A stretch of 64,000 nucleotides of DNA, taken from a virus. Its lineage: Duplodnaviria; Caudoviricetes. Positions within the stretch are counted from its first letter, which is position 1; the number at the start of each line of letters is the position of its first letter. The notes beneath the pieces are model-generated. The model was not told the origin of the DNA and ran no database searches. It saw nothing but the letters and a program-made list of their open reading frames with translations. This document shows, in pieces, positions 17,534 to 27,251 of the stretch. Both the position numbers and the translations under genes were made by a program. The stretch lies in IMG/VR virus record IMGVR_UViG_3300033075_001021. The stretch is one strand, 5' to 3'.

Positions 17534-18913
17534 TTACTTCAAACCTTTCGCCATGGCTTCAATCTCTTTGATTGATTCCAATGTATCGCAGGTGTTTTTA
17601 TCATCCCTAAGTGTCTTAAACACTGGGTGTAAAAGGGCATAGTTACCCTCAGAATCATTGGATAAACCGCAACACTTAACTTCAAGGATGGTGCCCAAAA
17701 GCTTATCTTGGTTATCCGTAATATACTGCATCATTTCTTCATTGATGCCAGTTGGACGAGTGAATACCTTGCCATCGGCTGATTCAGCATTTACACTGGA
17801 GATAACATTTGCGTTCTTACCAGTACCGTAGTTAAAACCAACAATCTTCAGGTCCACATCCATCTCCAACTTCATCTTAACTTGCCAGTTGGGTTTGCCA
17901 TCTTTCCATGTTCCTTCATAAGCTTTAAGGATAGTTCCTTCTTGACCTTGATTTAACATATCTTGGAAATGGCCCATAGCCTCATCATATGAATCAACAG
18001 CTTTGGTTTCAACAAGGCTAATCATGCTTGGTTTACGTTCAAACAGCATATCTGATACACGATTCAACCTTAAGTAGTAAGGTGTATCTGACTTCTGCTC
18101 AAAGTATTCGTCAACATGAATGGTATCCCATACGGTAAACCTGATGGCATCCAAAGCATCTTGATAATTCATATGTTTTTCTTCAAACTTCTTGATTTCT
18201 TTGGTTACATCTTCACCATCCAATTTCTTCTTACCAATGCTTACCAGAGATGCTACGATACCGTTGCTTTCATAACGACTGATACCATCCATGGTAAGTT
18301 CACCATTCAAAACACAATCCTCAAAACCAGCAAGTTCATCCAAGAACTTAGCACCAGTAAGAATTGTTGGTTCACCTTGACGACTTTCCAATTCAACATC
18401 ACCAGAACGAATAATAGCGTTGCAATAACGGCCATCCATTTTGATTTGGCTGTAACCCTTACCACCTTTTTCAAAAATCTTTTTAGCCAGCTTTTCATCA
18501 TAGGATTTAGCACCCATGTAAGGTGTTTCTTCAATGAGCTTCGGGAAAACCTTATTGATAAGACTTGTACCTAGGTTCATCTTACAATCCTTTTCGATGA
18601 TACGCTCAATGATATAAGCATCGTCAGCATCACATAAAGATAAAATTGCTGATAAGTGTAAAAGAGCCGCCTTACCTGTAAGTGTTCTTTCACTCAATAA
18701 AGATAACGCATCTAATGCATCTGTTAAGTCATGTGATAAGATTGATTTATCATAAGATGGTACCTGTTTGATATAGAACTTTACACGCTTGCTGTTGGCA
18801 AGATATAACACCTGCTTTAACAGGTCGTTATCTTTGTATTTACTCAGGATTTCAACTTTCTTTTTGGTTGATGATTCGCCAGCGATTTCATCAAAGATTT
18901 GTTTGATTTTCAT
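17534..18913 (-). CDS. ATP-dependent DNA ligase
   Basis: KMDGRY, LNGEL, EGTILK, OB-fold with HPVF..LRDDK. Confidence 0.92.
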   Translation of the reverse strand: MKIKQIFDEIAGESSTKKKVEILSKYKDNDLLKQVLYLANSKRVKFYIKQVPSYDKSILSHDLTDALDALSLLSERTLTGKAALLHLSAILSLCDADDAYIIERIIEKDCKMNLGTSLINKVFPKLIEETPYMGAKSYDEKLAKKIFEKGGKGYSQIKMDGRYCNAIIRSGDVELESRQGEPTILTGAKFLDELAGFEDCVLNGELTMDGISRYESNGIVASLVSIGKKKLDGEDVTKEIKKFEEKHMNYQDALDAIRFTVWDTIHVDEYFEQKSDTPYYLRLNRVSDMLFERKPSMISLVETKAVDSYDEAMGHFQDMLNQGQEGTILKAYEGTWKDGKPNWQVKMKLEMDVDLKIVGFNYGTGKNANVISSVNAESADGKVFTRPTGINEEMMQYITDNQDKLLGTILEVKCCGLSNDSEGNYALLHPVFKTLRDDKNTCDTLESIKEIEAMAKGLK

Positions 18914-19080
18914 CTTTTTTATATCGATTTTTTTTAACGATTATTGTTGCAGATTGATTTTTATCTGGTTTGGTTGTTTTTATTGATATCACTCGCATAT
19001 TCATGACAGTCGATATATCAATTGGTTTTTTGTTCTTCATATGCAAATATATGGGGAATCTTTCGATTCCCCAAATTTTT

Positions 19081-20214
19081 TTACAACATTTTGTACAATT
19101 TTTTATCATCGTACTCCATCATGTATTCCTTTATGGTTCCAACCTTGCCTGTTTGAAGTGCGAAATACAAGCCTGTAAAGGAATCCAGACCCATTTTCTT
19201 TGTAACTTCGAATACCGCAGTAGCATACGCTTTCCTTTCGGCAGCTGTTATGTTCTTTGGCTTTCTTGGTTCCAATTCAACCCAAGCTTCGTTAAGCTTA
19301 GCTATCAACGCATCGTAGCTAGCCTTTAACCTGAAGATTTCTTCACGTCTTTCTGGGAAAGTCGCAGCAAATTCTTCGATTTCATTGGCTTTAACGACAG
19401 TCAATATGTTATGCTCAGCAGTTTTTGACTTTAAGTGGTGAACCGCAACATACGCTGGGTTCTTGATTTTAACACGATTGAAGTTACCGTCCACAACCAC
19501 ATAACCTTCTTCAGACCATGGCATACCTTCAAATGTTCTTATCAAAGCACCGAAGTCCTTTGCGTTCAAATCAAAAGCTTTAACCAACGGGATACCAGTC
19601 AACAAAGAAAAGTTTTTCAACACTTCATAGTTGTCCTCAACCAAAGTTTCTGCATTTCTTGCGGCCAATAATGTAATAGATGATTCACCGTGAGGCTTTA
19701 CTACTATATTATATGGTGTTGTTAATTCAAATACAAAGGTTGTTTTCTTGAAAGACTTGAACAATGATTTCTCAATATTATACTTTTCTTTCAATACCTT
19801 CCAGAATAACTCATTGAAAGTAGTTCCCATCTTGTTGTTTACTTCCCCTTCACCTTCAGCAGTACCAGTAGTTGCAGCAAACCATTCTTGCTTATGCCAA
19901 TCCCAATAAACTTGAATCATTGTACCATCGACTTTTTCAAGTACAACGGCAGAATTCCAGTCTATCTTAGCGGCTTGTGATTCACCGTGATTGAAGAACT
20001 TTCTGAATGACATAGACATAACCTTCCATGTATCCCTTTCAAGAATAAGACCACGACAGTCTTGTACCTCTGGGCATGACATATCAGATTCAATTTGGTC
20101 ATATTTCAAATGAATCTTTGAGGTATATGTACGACATTTTAATTTAAAATCTTGTATTGCCTTAGCTAACCCAAATTTTTTTATATACTTAACTACTGAT
20201 AACTCCTGTATCAT
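19081..20214 (-). CDS. RNA ligase, T4 Rnl1-like
   Basis: DCRGLIL, KFFN, EKVDGT, FEL, EGYVV, RVKIK. Confidence 0.88.
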   Translation of the reverse strand: MIQELSVVKYIKKFGLAKAIQDFKLKCRTYTSKIHLKYDQIESDMSCPEVQDCRGLILERDTWKVMSMSFRKFFNHGESQAAKIDWNSAVVLEKVDGTMIQVYWDWHKQEWFAATTGTAEGEGEVNNKMGTTFNELFWKVLKEKYNIEKSLFKSFKKTTFVFELTTPYNIVVKPHGESSITLLAARNAETLVEDNYEVLKNFSLLTGIPLVKAFDLNAKDFGALIRTFEGMPWSEEGYVVVDGNFNRVKIKNPAYVAVHHLKSKTAEHNILTVVKANEIEEFAATFPERREEIFRLKASYDALIAKLNEAWVELEPRKPKNITAAERKAYATAVFEVTKKMGLDSFTGLYFALQTGKVGTIKEYMMEYDDKKLYKML

Positions 20215-20938
20215 TATTTCTTTTTTTATGTGACTCTGAAATTTTTCTTTTTGTTTCTTCACTCAAAACACGCCCACTTCTTTTTTTACTTTGTTCAATT
20301 TTTAATTGTATTGCCGCATCAACACCCATAATTTCTTCATACGTTTTACCTTTATTCGGATTTTTCCACCCTTTTCTAGCCTTAGATAAACTTTCTTTAT
20401 GTTTATCTGACATTGGTTTTTTCTTTCCTTTATTAGATTCTGAAATTTTTCTTTTTGTTTCCTCACTTAAAGGACGAAATTTTTTCTTTTTACCTTTTAA
20501 TAATTCCGACATTTTTTTTGCTGTTTCTGATGCCCACGGTTTTTGTTTTCCTTTATGTGCATCACTTATTTTTTTCTTATGTTCATCAGTTAATTTTTTA
20601 CCTTTATGAAATTTTGAAACATTAGCTCGAAGAACTTCTTTTTTAGGGTTATTTGAAAATGTATCACCCCCAGTGCCCCCCTCTGCAATATTATAACCAC
20701 CAATATTTTTACTAATAAACTCTTTTTCTTTTTCGTTTAAAGTATCGATATTGTCACATTCAAATATTATTTCCCATTTAAAATTATGAAAACCATATTT
20801 TTTAATCGCATTATAAAATAACCATTTCTTTTTATTAAAGGCTAATTTATGTGATTGTATTCTTTTTTCTAATGTCCCCTTTGTTTTACCAATATAAAAT
20901 TTACCATTTATTGTGTTGGTTGCTTTGTAAATTATCAT
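20189..20938 (-). CDS. GIY-YIG homing endonuclease with NUMOD3 repeats
   Basis: IIYKATNTINGKFYIGK; repeated SEETKRKISES. Confidence 0.9.
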   Translation of the reverse strand: MIIYKATNTINGKFYIGKTKGTLEKRIQSHKLAFNKKKWLFYNAIKKYGFHNFKWEIIFECDNIDTLNEKEKEFISKNIGGYNIAEGGTGGDTFSNNPKKEVLRANVSKFHKGKKLTDEHKKKISDAHKGKQKPWASETAKKMSELLKGKKKKFRPLSEETKRKISESNKGKKKPMSDKHKESLSKARKGWKNPNKGKTYEEIMGVDAAIQLKIEQSKKRSGRVLSEETKRKISESHKKRNNDTGVISS

Positions 20939-20995
20939 AGATTTTAATTTATATTATGTTATATAATATAAATATACTCAAATTGTAATTTAGTT

Positions 20996-21115
20996 TCATG
21001 AACCACAAACATATTTCAAATGAATCTTGTTTTCATACACTTTAGCCTTAAGCTTGAATTTTTCAATAGCTTTAGCTAAACCATTTTCCTCAATAAATTT
21101 TATTATCGCTAACAT
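20996..21115 (-). pseudogene. orphaned 5' end of the Rnl1-like ligase
   Basis: MLAIIKFIEENGLAKAIEKFKLKAKVYENKIHLKY aligns with the N-terminus of 19081-20214. Confidence 0.8.
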
Positions 21116-21118
21116 GAG

Positions 21119-21367
21119 CTATTCTTTAAACGTTCTACAATATTGTTGGTAATCCTCAAGCCATAATTGATATAAACAGAATTCGCAGCTGTGTTTTTGG
21201 CCCGTGCAGTCGCCATAATGACGACCATCATAGGGCTTCTTGCCTTCAGATAGGATATTTGTGTGGATACGTTTTACCCATTGAATAACATCCTCTCTGG
21301 ACATTTCAAAGGGTAAATCATCGACTTGTGTTTCTTTCTCAACAAGCCAATCTATAAAACATTTCAT
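21119..21367 (-). CDS. hypothetical Cys/His-rich protein
   Basis: HYGDCT...CEFC. Confidence 0.6.
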   Translation of the reverse strand: MKCFIDWLVEKETQVDDLPFEMSREDVIQWVKRIHTNILSEGKKPYDGRHYGDCTGQKHSCEFCLYQLWLEDYQQYCRTFKE

Positions 21368-21371
21368 CTTG

Positions 21372-21443
21372 TAGGACCATCAAGAATCGAACTTGAATCT
21401 AGAGCTTAGAAGGCACTCGTTCTATCCATTGAACTATGGTCCC
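21372..21443 (-). tRNA. tRNA-Arg(TCT)
   Basis: loop CTTCTAA. Confidence 0.8.
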
Positions 21444-21447
21444 ATAT

Positions 21448-21555
21448 GGGCTGCTAAGTAATTTCAGGACCGTCTCCGTGTAGTACCTCTTCCCTCGCTT
21501 ACCCGTCAGTAAGCTACTCTTGGCACTCTCTACCACCTTAGCACTAATTAAGCCC
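21448..21555 (-). ncRNA. unassigned ~108-nt structured RNA
   Basis: end pairings GGGCT/AGCCC and GCTAAG/CTTAGC, inner hairpin GCTTAC/GTAAGC. Confidence 0.5.
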
Positions 21556-21557
21556 AA

Positions 21558-21920
21558 TTATTTTGTTTCTGAATCACCAGAATCTTTCGGCTGTTCTTCT
21601 TTTCCTTCAGATTTCTTAGTTTGTGGTTCATCCTTTTTTGGGGTTGTTCTTTTCTTTAAGAGAAGTTGAGCTAAAATTTTTCTTTCCAGTTTTTCAGCCT
21701 CTGTTCCTTCTTCGAGTATTCTTTTAGCCGCAAACATAGCACAAAGTTCAGAGAAGATAAACATATCTTCATCACTTACAATTAATTTACTTATTAAAAG
21801 CATAATTGTGCCCGATTGCGCTACCGTGTAATCTTTACCACCAGTTCCTTCATCTATAAGGGCTTGACCCATTTGTTTGATTTTTCCGCTAAGTTCTGTA
21901 CGCCTTGTTTCGTTTTCCAT
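21558..21920 (-). CDS. hypothetical protein
   Basis: ORF track. Confidence 0.65.
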   Translation of the reverse strand: MENETRRTELSGKIKQMGQALIDEGTGGKDYTVAQSGTIMLLISKLIVSDEDMFIFSELCAMFAAKRILEEGTEAEKLERKILAQLLLKKRTTPKKDEPQTKKSEGKEEQPKDSGDSETK

Positions 21921-21965
21921 AATATATTTTTACAAATATACCACATAAATTTTAAATCTCCAAAT

Positions 21966-22895
21966 TTATTTTGAAATATTTGTTACAACACCACGAATTT
22001 TTATTTTTTGTGTTGGTTTCCAATCAGTTATTTGATTTGACATGACAGGTTTACCGCCATTTGGATTCACTGCTAACGTAACATGAGGAATCGCATTTTT
22101 TGATGGATATCCATTAACTTCTAAAGCAATTGCCATATCACTTTTACCTAAACGCTTAGTTGTCAAGCCAACTTCTTTACCTAAATCCTCTTTATTAGCG
22201 CTTTTTCCAAATTCAATTGTCATGTGATGGCCAATAAAATTCCATCCATCTGGAATTTCATCTTTATACATGCGATAAAGCATATTCCTTGATATTTCAT
22301 CCAACACAACACCTGAATACAAGATATTGGAATCGGGATACATATCCTTAGATTCCAATATCTTCTTAAGTGTTAACGGACCCACACTCTTATGTGTCTT
22401 AACCATTTGTTCAATTTTGTCAAATGGAACACCATGCTGATTCCTTGCTGCCAAGGCTTCAGTTGTTAATCCACCAGTACCAATGTCAACAATTTGGATA
22501 TTTTCATCTGCGTACCCCAACTTCAATGCATGTACAACGTAAGCCTTAGCCTCGTTTGCCTTTAAGTTGGTGTTGTCAATAACAACTGGTGAAATTCCTT
22601 CATCCATTGACCTTTTAGCATTGGTAAGGTTTTTTGAGTGCATACGACTAAGGTCAATAAAGTTTTTAGATTCATTCATCTTAGCGAAAAAGCCTCTGTA
22701 ATCACCAGTTGCTTCAATCAAGTTGTCGGTTGAGTGTATAACACCTTCGCCAACCAAAGACTTAGCTTTGGTTGACTTGCCGCCACCAGATATTCCACGC
22801 ATGATAACCAATACCTTATCTGGTCTTGTTACAGGTACACCCAATGAGTTCTTTTGAACTTCTTCACGTAATATTTCTTTGATTTTATTCTTCAT
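21966..22895 (-). CDS. P-loop polynucleotide kinase-like + 2H cyclic phosphodiesterase fusion
   Basis: RGISGGGKST, IDNTN; HMT and HVT motifs. Confidence 0.8.
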   Translation of the reverse strand: MKNKIKEILREEVQKNSLGVPVTRPDKVLVIMRGISGGGKSTKAKSLVGEGVIHSTDNLIEATGDYRGFFAKMNESKNFIDLSRMHSKNLTNAKRSMDEGISPVVIDNTNLKANEAKAYVVHALKLGYADENIQIVDIGTGGLTTEALAARNQHGVPFDKIEQMVKTHKSVGPLTLKKILESKDMYPDSNILYSGVVLDEISRNMLYRMYKDEIPDGWNFIGHHMTIEFGKSANKEDLGKEVGLTTKRLGKSDMAIALEVNGYPSKNAIPHVTLAVNPNGGKPVMSNQITDWKPTQKIKIRGVVTNISK

Positions 22896-22936
22896 CTGGC
22901 AAATATACGAAGATTAATTGAAACCACCAAATCTTT

Positions 22937-23434
22937 TTAAAGATTGATATATACTAATCCATTGGTATCAGTAAAAGTATCCCCAGAATTGTATTTCTGT
23001 AACATATCTTTCCAACCCAAACCAAATGTTTTTTGAAGATGTGGGTTATCTTGGAACTTCCAAGTGCCACCCCATTCCCATCCAGCTCTTCTGAATACGT
23101 TTACTACTTCCATCCAATCAGCAATTTTATCACCGTCCCAATCTTTTTTAATATCCCATGAGACTTCTTTGTCATTAATTAATAACGCAAAATCAAATGC
23201 AACCCCATAATTATGGAAACTTTGACCACCTTTAGCTTGGGTTACTTTTTTGCCTGGTTTTGTACGACCTTGCGCATAAAGTGCATTTTGTTCATCAAAT
23301 GTTCTAAGTGCTTGTACAATTCTTATTTCAGAGTGGGTTGTTAATTGAGCGTTAGCTTGATTAATTAAAAACGTAACTTCATTTCTTAATTTAGGATGAA
23401 GTAGTTGAATCCTTTGTTGTGTAACATTATCCAT
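22937..23434 (-). CDS. M15 family (CwlK-like) peptidase, probable endolysin
   Basis: RT..EQ..LYAQGRT, SFHNYG.AFD, WGG.W...D.PH. Confidence 0.88.
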   Translation of the reverse strand: MDNVTQQRIQLLHPKLRNEVTFLINQANAQLTTHSEIRIVQALRTFDEQNALYAQGRTKPGKKVTQAKGGQSFHNYGVAFDFALLINDKEVSWDIKKDWDGDKIADWMEVVNVFRRAGWEWGGTWKFQDNPHLQKTFGLGWKDMLQKYNSGDTFTDTNGLVYINL

Positions 23435-23437
23435 GTT

Positions 23438-24091
23438 TTAATATTTTATTCTTCTTTTATTATAATGTGTGTCATAAACACCTTGTGTTAAACCATAGTC
23501 AACTATTACCAATGAATCACTACCACCTCTATTAACCAAACCCCATGAACTTAATCTACCAAGGTCACCAGAATCACTATCGGAACTCATAAGAAAATCC
23601 ATAACATCATTTGCAAATTCACTGTTATCCAAAAATTCTTTAACTTCTGGGTCAATAGAAAAATATGCTTTTCGACCCCTATTTTCAGCAGTTTGATTTC
23701 TGAGATATAGACTAAACGTTAAAATATCAACACCAACAATTTTTTTAAATACGCTTGGTGATACCTTACGTGCCAATTCCATTTCCACCCATAAAGCATC
23801 ATTATGATATTCATATATTTGTGCAACTATATTTGAAAAGTATCTTTCATTACCATATTGTATTTCAACTTCGTTTTGTGCGATACCTTTTCTATTTTTA
23901 GCAAGTTTTAAAACTTTTTCGTTGTCCACTTTATATGCAATCCTTCCAGAACCAGATGAAATACGTTGAAGATGTTGTTCGCAATATCGTTGTCTTTCAG
24001 CAAAAGACCTTAGTGCTGCAAATTGCTCTATATTCCATGTAGTTGGATAATCTTCACCCATTACATCCTCATATATGTCTAATATCTTCAT
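23438..24091 (-). CDS. protein-kinase-like fold protein
   Basis: SGSGRIAY, VLKLA, NEVE, IVDYG. Confidence 0.6.
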   Translation of the reverse strand: MKILDIYEDVMGEDYPTTWNIEQFAALRSFAERQRYCEQHLQRISSGSGRIAYKVDNEKVLKLAKNRKGIAQNEVEIQYGNERYFSNIVAQIYEYHNDALWVEMELARKVSPSVFKKIVGVDILTFSLYLRNQTAENRGRKAYFSIDPEVKEFLDNSEFANDVMDFLMSSDSDSGDLGRLSSWGLVNRGGSDSLVIVDYGLTQGVYDTHYNKRRIKY

Positions 24092-24519
24092 TATTTAAAT
24101 GATGTGTTTTTTATTAACCTTGATTTTTTATTGACAATTTGTAACGCTGAATCTAATAGTATTTCTCTACGGTCCATTTTTTCTGGTACTGGTGAAAATA
24201 CAACCGTATCGGCCATTGGACCAGAGGCAGTTGCAATATCAGTTGGTGACATATCAAGAGGTATTGTGCTGGTTGAGTCAAATGTATACCTTGATTTTTC
24301 GGCTGATTCTTTGCCCATTTCCCTTATTATTGCTGATAACTTAACATAATCATCTAAAAGAGCCCTATTTTCAGCGACCAATTTAGAACAATCATCACTT
24401 TTAAAATATGTGCCAATGAGATAGGTTCCTGAACCAAAAACCAATAAAACCAAAAGAACCACAAAACGCTGTTTCATGGTAAAAAGCTGTAAAATCTTAG
24501 CATATTCTTTCATATTCAT
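24091..24519 (-). CDS. single-TM membrane protein
   Basis: FVVLLVLLVFGSG segment; start trimmed outside tRNA. Confidence 0.6.
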   Translation of the reverse strand: MNMKEYAKILQLFTMKQRFVVLLVLLVFGSGTYLIGTYFKSDDCSKLVAENRALLDDYVKLSAIIREMGKESAEKSRYTFDSTSTIPLDMSPTDIATASGPMADTVVFSPVPEKMDRREILLDSALQIVNKKSRLIKNTSFK

Positions 24520-24568
24520 AAATATGCCCCATAAATGAAAAAAGGTGCCAAAAAGCACCTTTATTTTG

Positions 24569-24659
24569 CGGAGAACAGCGGAGTCGAACCGCACCCAGCT
24601 TCTTAAGCCGAGCGTCACGCTTAGCAGGCGGACCCCCTCACCGTCAGGGTTTGCTCTCC
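24569..24659 (-). tRNA. tRNA-Ser(GCT)
   Basis: loop CTGCTAA, class II arm, G73. Confidence 0.85.
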
Positions 24660-24665
24660 GTAGTG

Positions 24666-24738
24666 TAGTCCCAAAGGGATTCGAACCCCTATAGTCTGCT
24701 TAGAAGGCAGACGTCCTATCCAGTTGAACGATGGAACC
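24666..24738 (-). tRNA. tRNA-Arg(TCT)
   Basis: TCTGC-CTTCTAA-GCAGA. Confidence 0.92.
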
Positions 24739-24742
24739 ATTC

Positions 24743-24834
24743 TGGACCGCTAGGCGGGATTCGAACCCACATTTGATATTATCGCAGCTCCAATTACAGA
24801 TAACGGTTTAGAAGACCGATTTGGCTACAAGCGG
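24743..24834 (-). tRNA. D-armless tRNA-Arg(TCT)-like RNA with long variable region
   Basis: acceptor, anticodon arm, T arm and CCA present; only TAGCCAAA in place of the D arm. Confidence 0.65.
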
Positions 24835-24881
24835 ATGTGTGAATTTATTTGACTTGATTAACAATATCACTAAAAAGTAGG

Positions 24882-24953
24882 TGGCCTCGGCGGGGGTCGA
24901 ACCCACAACAAACGTTTAGGAAACGCTTATGATAACCATTTCACCACGAAGCC
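24882..24953 (-). tRNA. tRNA-Arg(CCT)
   Basis: AGCGT-TTCCTAA-ACGTT. Confidence 0.88.
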
Positions 24954-24955
24954 AT

Positions 24956-24985
24956 TGGTAGTCCCAGAAGGATTCGAACCCTCTA
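24956..24985 (-). pseudogene. 3' half (T arm, acceptor, CCA) of a split tRNA-Arg(ACG)
   Basis: TGGGACT pairs with GGTCTCA of the 5' half at 25523-25566. Confidence 0.8.
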
Positions 24986-25396
24986 ATTATTTTCAACATA
25001 GTGTAATTTTCTATGGCAATTTGAACATAAAATAATACACTTCTCAACTTCCCTCATTATTTTTTCAAGACTGTATGTGTTATAGATTAAATTTGAAACT
25101 TCAAATTCTTTACTATTCCTATCTTGATGATGAAAATCTAAACAGGCTATATGTGTTTCGCCACATTTTTCGCATTTTAGTTTAGACTTAAAATCACGAT
25201 ACCATTCTTGGTTTCTTTTCTTATTTTTTAGATTTCTATTTAGCGTTGTTTGTTTATTACGGTTGTAAGATTCTTTTCTAATTTCTTTCCAACATAATAC
25301 ACAAGCGCTATGATAAACACCATTTTTTTTATTTTTAAAAGGAAATTGATTCAACTCTTTTTCCTTTTTACACCTTGAACAAAATTTTCTTTCCAT
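24983..25396 (-). CDS. HNH homing endonuclease
   Basis: CSRC, LDFHH...CSNCHRK; paralog of 1556-1915. Confidence 0.85.
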   Translation of the reverse strand: MERKFCSRCKKEKELNQFPFKNKKNGVYHSACVLCWKEIRKESYNRNKQTTLNRNLKNKKRNQEWYRDFKSKLKCEKCGETHIACLDFHHQDRNSKEFEVSNLIYNTYSLEKIMREVEKCIILCSNCHRKLHYVENN

Positions 25397-25443
25397 AACT
25401 TTTTTTAATAAATATTGCGAATTATTAAAAAAGTTCGTAACTG

Positions 25444-25519
25444 TGACCTTAGAGGGATTCGAACCCACCACTTCTCTTGGTTCGTAGCCAAGTGTTTTAT
25501 CCAGTTAAACTATAAGGTC
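25444..25519 (-). tRNA. tRNA-Arg(ACG)
   Basis: CTTGG-CTACGAA-CCAAG. Confidence 0.88.
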
Positions 25520-25522
25520 ATA

Positions 25523-25566
25523 TCTGATTCGTAGTCAGGTGCTTTATCCAGTTAAGCTATGAGACC
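25523..25566 (-). pseudogene. 5' half (acceptor, D arm, anticodon arm) of a split tRNA-Arg(ACG)
   Basis: GGTCTCA TA GCTT...CCTGA-CTACGAA-TCAGA, then truncated. Confidence 0.8.
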
Positions 25567-25571
25567 ATTTG

Positions 25572-25645
25572 TGGTTCCAGAAGGATTCGAACCCTCACCA
25601 AACTTACTTCGAAGGCAAGTATGCTGTCCATTACACCATGGAACC
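25572..25645 (-). tRNA. tRNA-Arg(TCG)
   Basis: CTTGC-CTTCGAA-GTAAG. Confidence 0.88.
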
Positions 25646-25646
25646 A

Positions 25647-25802
25647 TTAATATTCCCAACCCTTATGTTTTATGTTAGGAATTTCGGTTTTAGGAACCCT
25701 GCGAATCTTACGGTTGCGCTGGTTCTTTAACCATTTTCTTGAATGTGACTTATGACCAAGAAATCTTTCAAGATGTTCAATCTTTTCTAAACATAAACTC
25801 AT
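25647..25802 (-). CDS. small basic protein (51 aa, below ORF-track cutoff)
   Basis: MSLCLEKIEHLERF...KGWEY. Confidence 0.55.
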   Translation of the reverse strand: MSLCLEKIEHLERFLGHKSHSRKWLKNQRNRKIRRVPKTEIPNIKHKGWEY

Positions 25803-25820
25803 AAAATAAGATTATTTTAG

Positions 25821-25890
25821 TCGCGTAGAAGGGAGTCGAACCCTCTTGGCCTGCCTTATGAGAGCTGGCTGTATTCCAATAACCTACGCA
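25821..25890 (-). tRNA. atypical tRNA with CAT anticodon (Ile2/Met)
   Basis: loop CTCATAA, T arm intact, irregular D and anticodon stems. Confidence 0.6.
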
Positions 25891-25901
25891 ATGTGGTTAA
25901 G

Positions 25902-25975
25902 CGGGTCAGGTGAGAGTCGAACTCACATCTCGCAACTTAACAGGTTGCCGTTTTAACCATTAGTACTACCGACCC
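25902..25975 (-). tRNA. tRNA-Asn(GTT)
   Basis: GCAAC-CTGTTAA-GTTGC. Confidence 0.88.
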
Positions 25976-26041
25976 ATGAGCCCCGTAATTCAATTTCATT
26001 ATCGTATCCCAAACGGGGCCACAAGAATACGATTCCAATTG

Positions 26042-26113
26042 AGGACTGTGAGAATTTCGAAATCTCGACCCGCACCTTAACAGGGTGCCGCTCTGCCTCT
26101 GAGCTAACAGTCC
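26042..26113 (-). tRNA. tRNA-Asn(GTT)
   Basis: GCACC-CTGTTAA-GGTGC. Confidence 0.85.
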
Positions 26114-26183
26114 ATTGGTGTCCATGAACGTTTTAAACCGTGTGTGCCCCATGGACAGAGTGCTCACAACCTTCTATCTTTAT

Positions 26184-26474
26184 TTAATCTTTAATGATTA
26201 AATGTATATCAACCCCATTGACTGAATTATTAAAATGTAAAAATGATTTCTCAATATCAATCAGTGTGAAATCATAATCGACAATTTCAACATAATAATT
26301 TTTATCAATTTGTTTACAACCGTTATTTTTTAATTGTACCGAATTAAATATTTCGTCACCTTTTTGTGTATTAAAAAATGCCCAGATTGTATCTAACTTA
26401 TTTAATTGTGAACACATGTTATCAATGTATTCTTTAGTTTGGTTTTCAAACCCTAAAATTTTTATCAAATTCAT
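26184..26474 (-). CDS. hypothetical protein
   Basis: ORF track. Confidence 0.55.
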   Translation of the reverse strand: MNLIKILGFENQTKEYIDNMCSQLNKLDTIWAFFNTQKGDEIFNSVQLKNNGCKQIDKNYYVEIVDYDFTLIDIEKSFLHFNNSVNGVDIHLIIKD

Positions 26475-26475
26475 A

Positions 26476-27123
26476 TTATTTACGACCTTTTAGCCAGCCG
26501 TCCAATATATAAGTATGTAACTCGTCAAGTTTTACTTTTTTGTTAATCCCATCCTTAGTTATCCAGCAGGTACCATATTGAGAGTTCGTTTTTCCAATAC
26601 CGTAACCTACTTTCTTTTGGCTCATCAATTTTTTTGTTTCCTCTGAATGTGACATTCCTAAAAATCCAGAGCTACCAATATGATTGTGGTTTCCACTTTG
26701 ATATGTTTTACGAACACTTTCACTTAGCTTTCTTTTCCATTCTTCATAAAATTTTTTATCTGTTTTTAACTTAGTTGTAAACGCTTTATTTCCTTCTCTA
26801 CAACAATTAATTTTTTGTTCTTCAGTTAAGAAACCTCCAGTACCACCTAAACCTAAATTCATACATTTGTCATCTTGTATCAACTCTAAATTTACAATAG
26901 CTTTTTCACGCTCAATTAATAATTCTCTACTTTCACAGAACTCCAAGATTTCTTTTATATGGTTCTCTTTACCATATTTCCTGATGCTATATCTAAGACG
27001 TTTCCCACTTCCCATGTAACCATCGTCAAGATTACTGGTACTATGCATTCCGATATAATATCTACCAGTGACCACACAAGTGGTTTTATAGATATAGTGT
27101 ATGTTTGCTTTTTGCCTTCCCAT
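26476..27123 (-). CDS. GIY-YIG homing endonuclease (Seg-like)
   Basis: YIYKTTC..TGRYYIGMHST...YMGSG; paralog of 40063-40854. Confidence 0.9.
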   Translation of the reverse strand: MGRQKANIHYIYKTTCVVTGRYYIGMHSTSNLDDGYMGSGKRLRYSIRKYGKENHIKEILEFCESRELLIEREKAIVNLELIQDDKCMNLGLGGTGGFLTEEQKINCCREGNKAFTTKLKTDKKFYEEWKRKLSESVRKTYQSGNHNHIGSSGFLGMSHSEETKKLMSQKKVGYGIGKTNSQYGTCWITKDGINKKVKLDELHTYILDGWLKGRK

Positions 27124-27157
27124 ATAAATAAATATACGGGAAGTACAAAAAAGTCGA

Positions 27158-27245
27158 TGGAGGATTGGGTGGGATTCGAACCCACGATGGTCTTGCGACA
27201 CTGGGTTAACAGCCCAGACTTTTCGGCCTCTAAAGCAACCAATCC
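27158..27245 (-). tRNA. tRNA-Asn(GTT), long variable arm
   Basis: CTGGG-CTGTTAA-CCCAG, variable hairpin GTC-GCAA-GAC, CCA. Confidence 0.85.
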
Positions 27246-27251
27246 ATTATG

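Noticed and set aside
21448-21555. SRP or RNase P RNA assignment
   Set aside because: No SRP domain IV motif seen and far too short for RNase P.
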